Shown in pieces: positions 63,270 through 64,000 of a stretch of DNA of 64,000 nt. Both the position numbers and the translations under genes were made by a program. The DNA comes from Hyphochytrium catenoides (taxonomy: Eukaryota > Protista > Hyphochytriomycota): positions 18,979 to 82,978 of the forward strand of contig FLMG01002472.1 in NCBI GenBank assembly GCA_900088475.1. The letters run 5' to 3'. Positions within the stretch are counted from its first letter, which is position 1, and every line of letters starts with the position of its first letter. The notes under the pieces are model-generated. The model had not been told where the DNA came from. It saw only the letters and a list, made by a program, of their open reading frames with translations, and made no database searches.

Positions 63270-63294
63270 CAAGCAGAGAGAGAGAGAGCGAGCG

Positions 63295-63336
<42 letters not shown>

Positions 63337-63519
63337 CGTGAGGAGGCTATCGAAGCTTGAGAGAAAGGAGTGGAAGGTTGAAAGAAGGTAGAAACGTGGG
63401 ATGCGGGCCTCGGTCTAGCCAATGCAACAGCAGCAAGAACTTGGCGGCCTCAGGCTCGGTTGCGTGCTGCCGCGTGGGAGACAGATCAGTCAGAGGACAG
63501 AGGAACATAGTGCTACACC

Positions 63520-63554
<35 letters not shown>

Positions 63555-63591
63555 NNNNNNNNNNNNNNNNNNNNNNNNNNNNNNNNNNNNN

Positions 63592-63621
<30 letters not shown>
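63270..63621. repeat. (GA)n microsatellites, including an assembly gap (N at 63555-63591)
   Basis: Perfect GA runs at about 63275-63335 and 63523-63621 flanking 37 Ns. Confidence 0.95.
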
Positions 63622-63622
<1 letters not shown>

Positions 63623-64000
63623 ATGAGAGAAAACACGTCTGGACAGGCAGAAGCTTCCAGAAACTCATCAAAGCACTGTGACCGGGAGATAGCCGCTAAC
63701 GGGATTATTTCCGAAAGAAACAATCCTGTGTGATGGTTTCTGAACGATTTCTATTATGCCCATCCATATAAATAAACCACCTAACGGAAAGGTTTCACAG
63801 GGTGCATGCAGACGAAACATTCGGAAGTCATTATTATTCCAAGAGGGTGAAACCCTCTTTGTACGAGAGAAGTTGAAATCTCCATTGGCTCTGTAACCTT
63901 TCACTACGTTTTTCAGGCAATAACGATTGAGGAATTGCAGATTCCTTTGCTGGCTTCCCTAAGAACCATTAGATGTCATGATGACGCACAAAAGGGTCCA

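Noticed and set aside
44984-63733. ORFs rich in SL/ER dipeptides (for example 47174-48034, 58933-59523, 63060-63341)
   Set aside because: They are translations of GA/CT microsatellite tracts; only the embedded exons noted above look coding.
1-64000. Transposase, reverse transcriptase, CRISPR array or rRNA
   Set aside because: No such motifs, terminal repeats or regularly spaced repeats were found by eye.

Overview
Eukaryotic genomic DNA with GT-AG introns, about 50% GC; gene content suggests a flagellated protist or alga, but the taxon cannot be fixed from this window. It is dominated by one giant spliced gene on the + strand (5827-43602). I joined 30 exons by hand through canonical introns without a frameshift: 34,380 nt, 11,459 aa. 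Its architecture is signal peptide, LamG/ConA-like head, roughly 60 IPT/TIG repeats, CPxGxYC Cys-rich repeats, about 9-11 TM helices and a cytoplasmic tail (CxxC pair, repeated DISSD/WLxxAR motifs, coiled coil). Three IPT domains are interrupted in the same loop by 'EVQ'-repeat inserts. In the two large inserts the number of orphan N-terminal strands equals the number of strand-less domain bodies (6/6 and 3/3), which suggests nested out-and-back side arms. Other genes: a PGPGxY (STPG/ODF3-type) repeat protein, a tRNA-Thr(AGT) with a defective acceptor stem, a two-Tudor-like-domain protein, a coiled-coil + WD40 protein, a YcaC-type isochorismatase-family hydrolase with a signal-like N-terminus and a class II DnaJ. 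The right-hand 19 kb is rich in GA/CT tracts. All exon models and domain calls are manual readings, with no database search.
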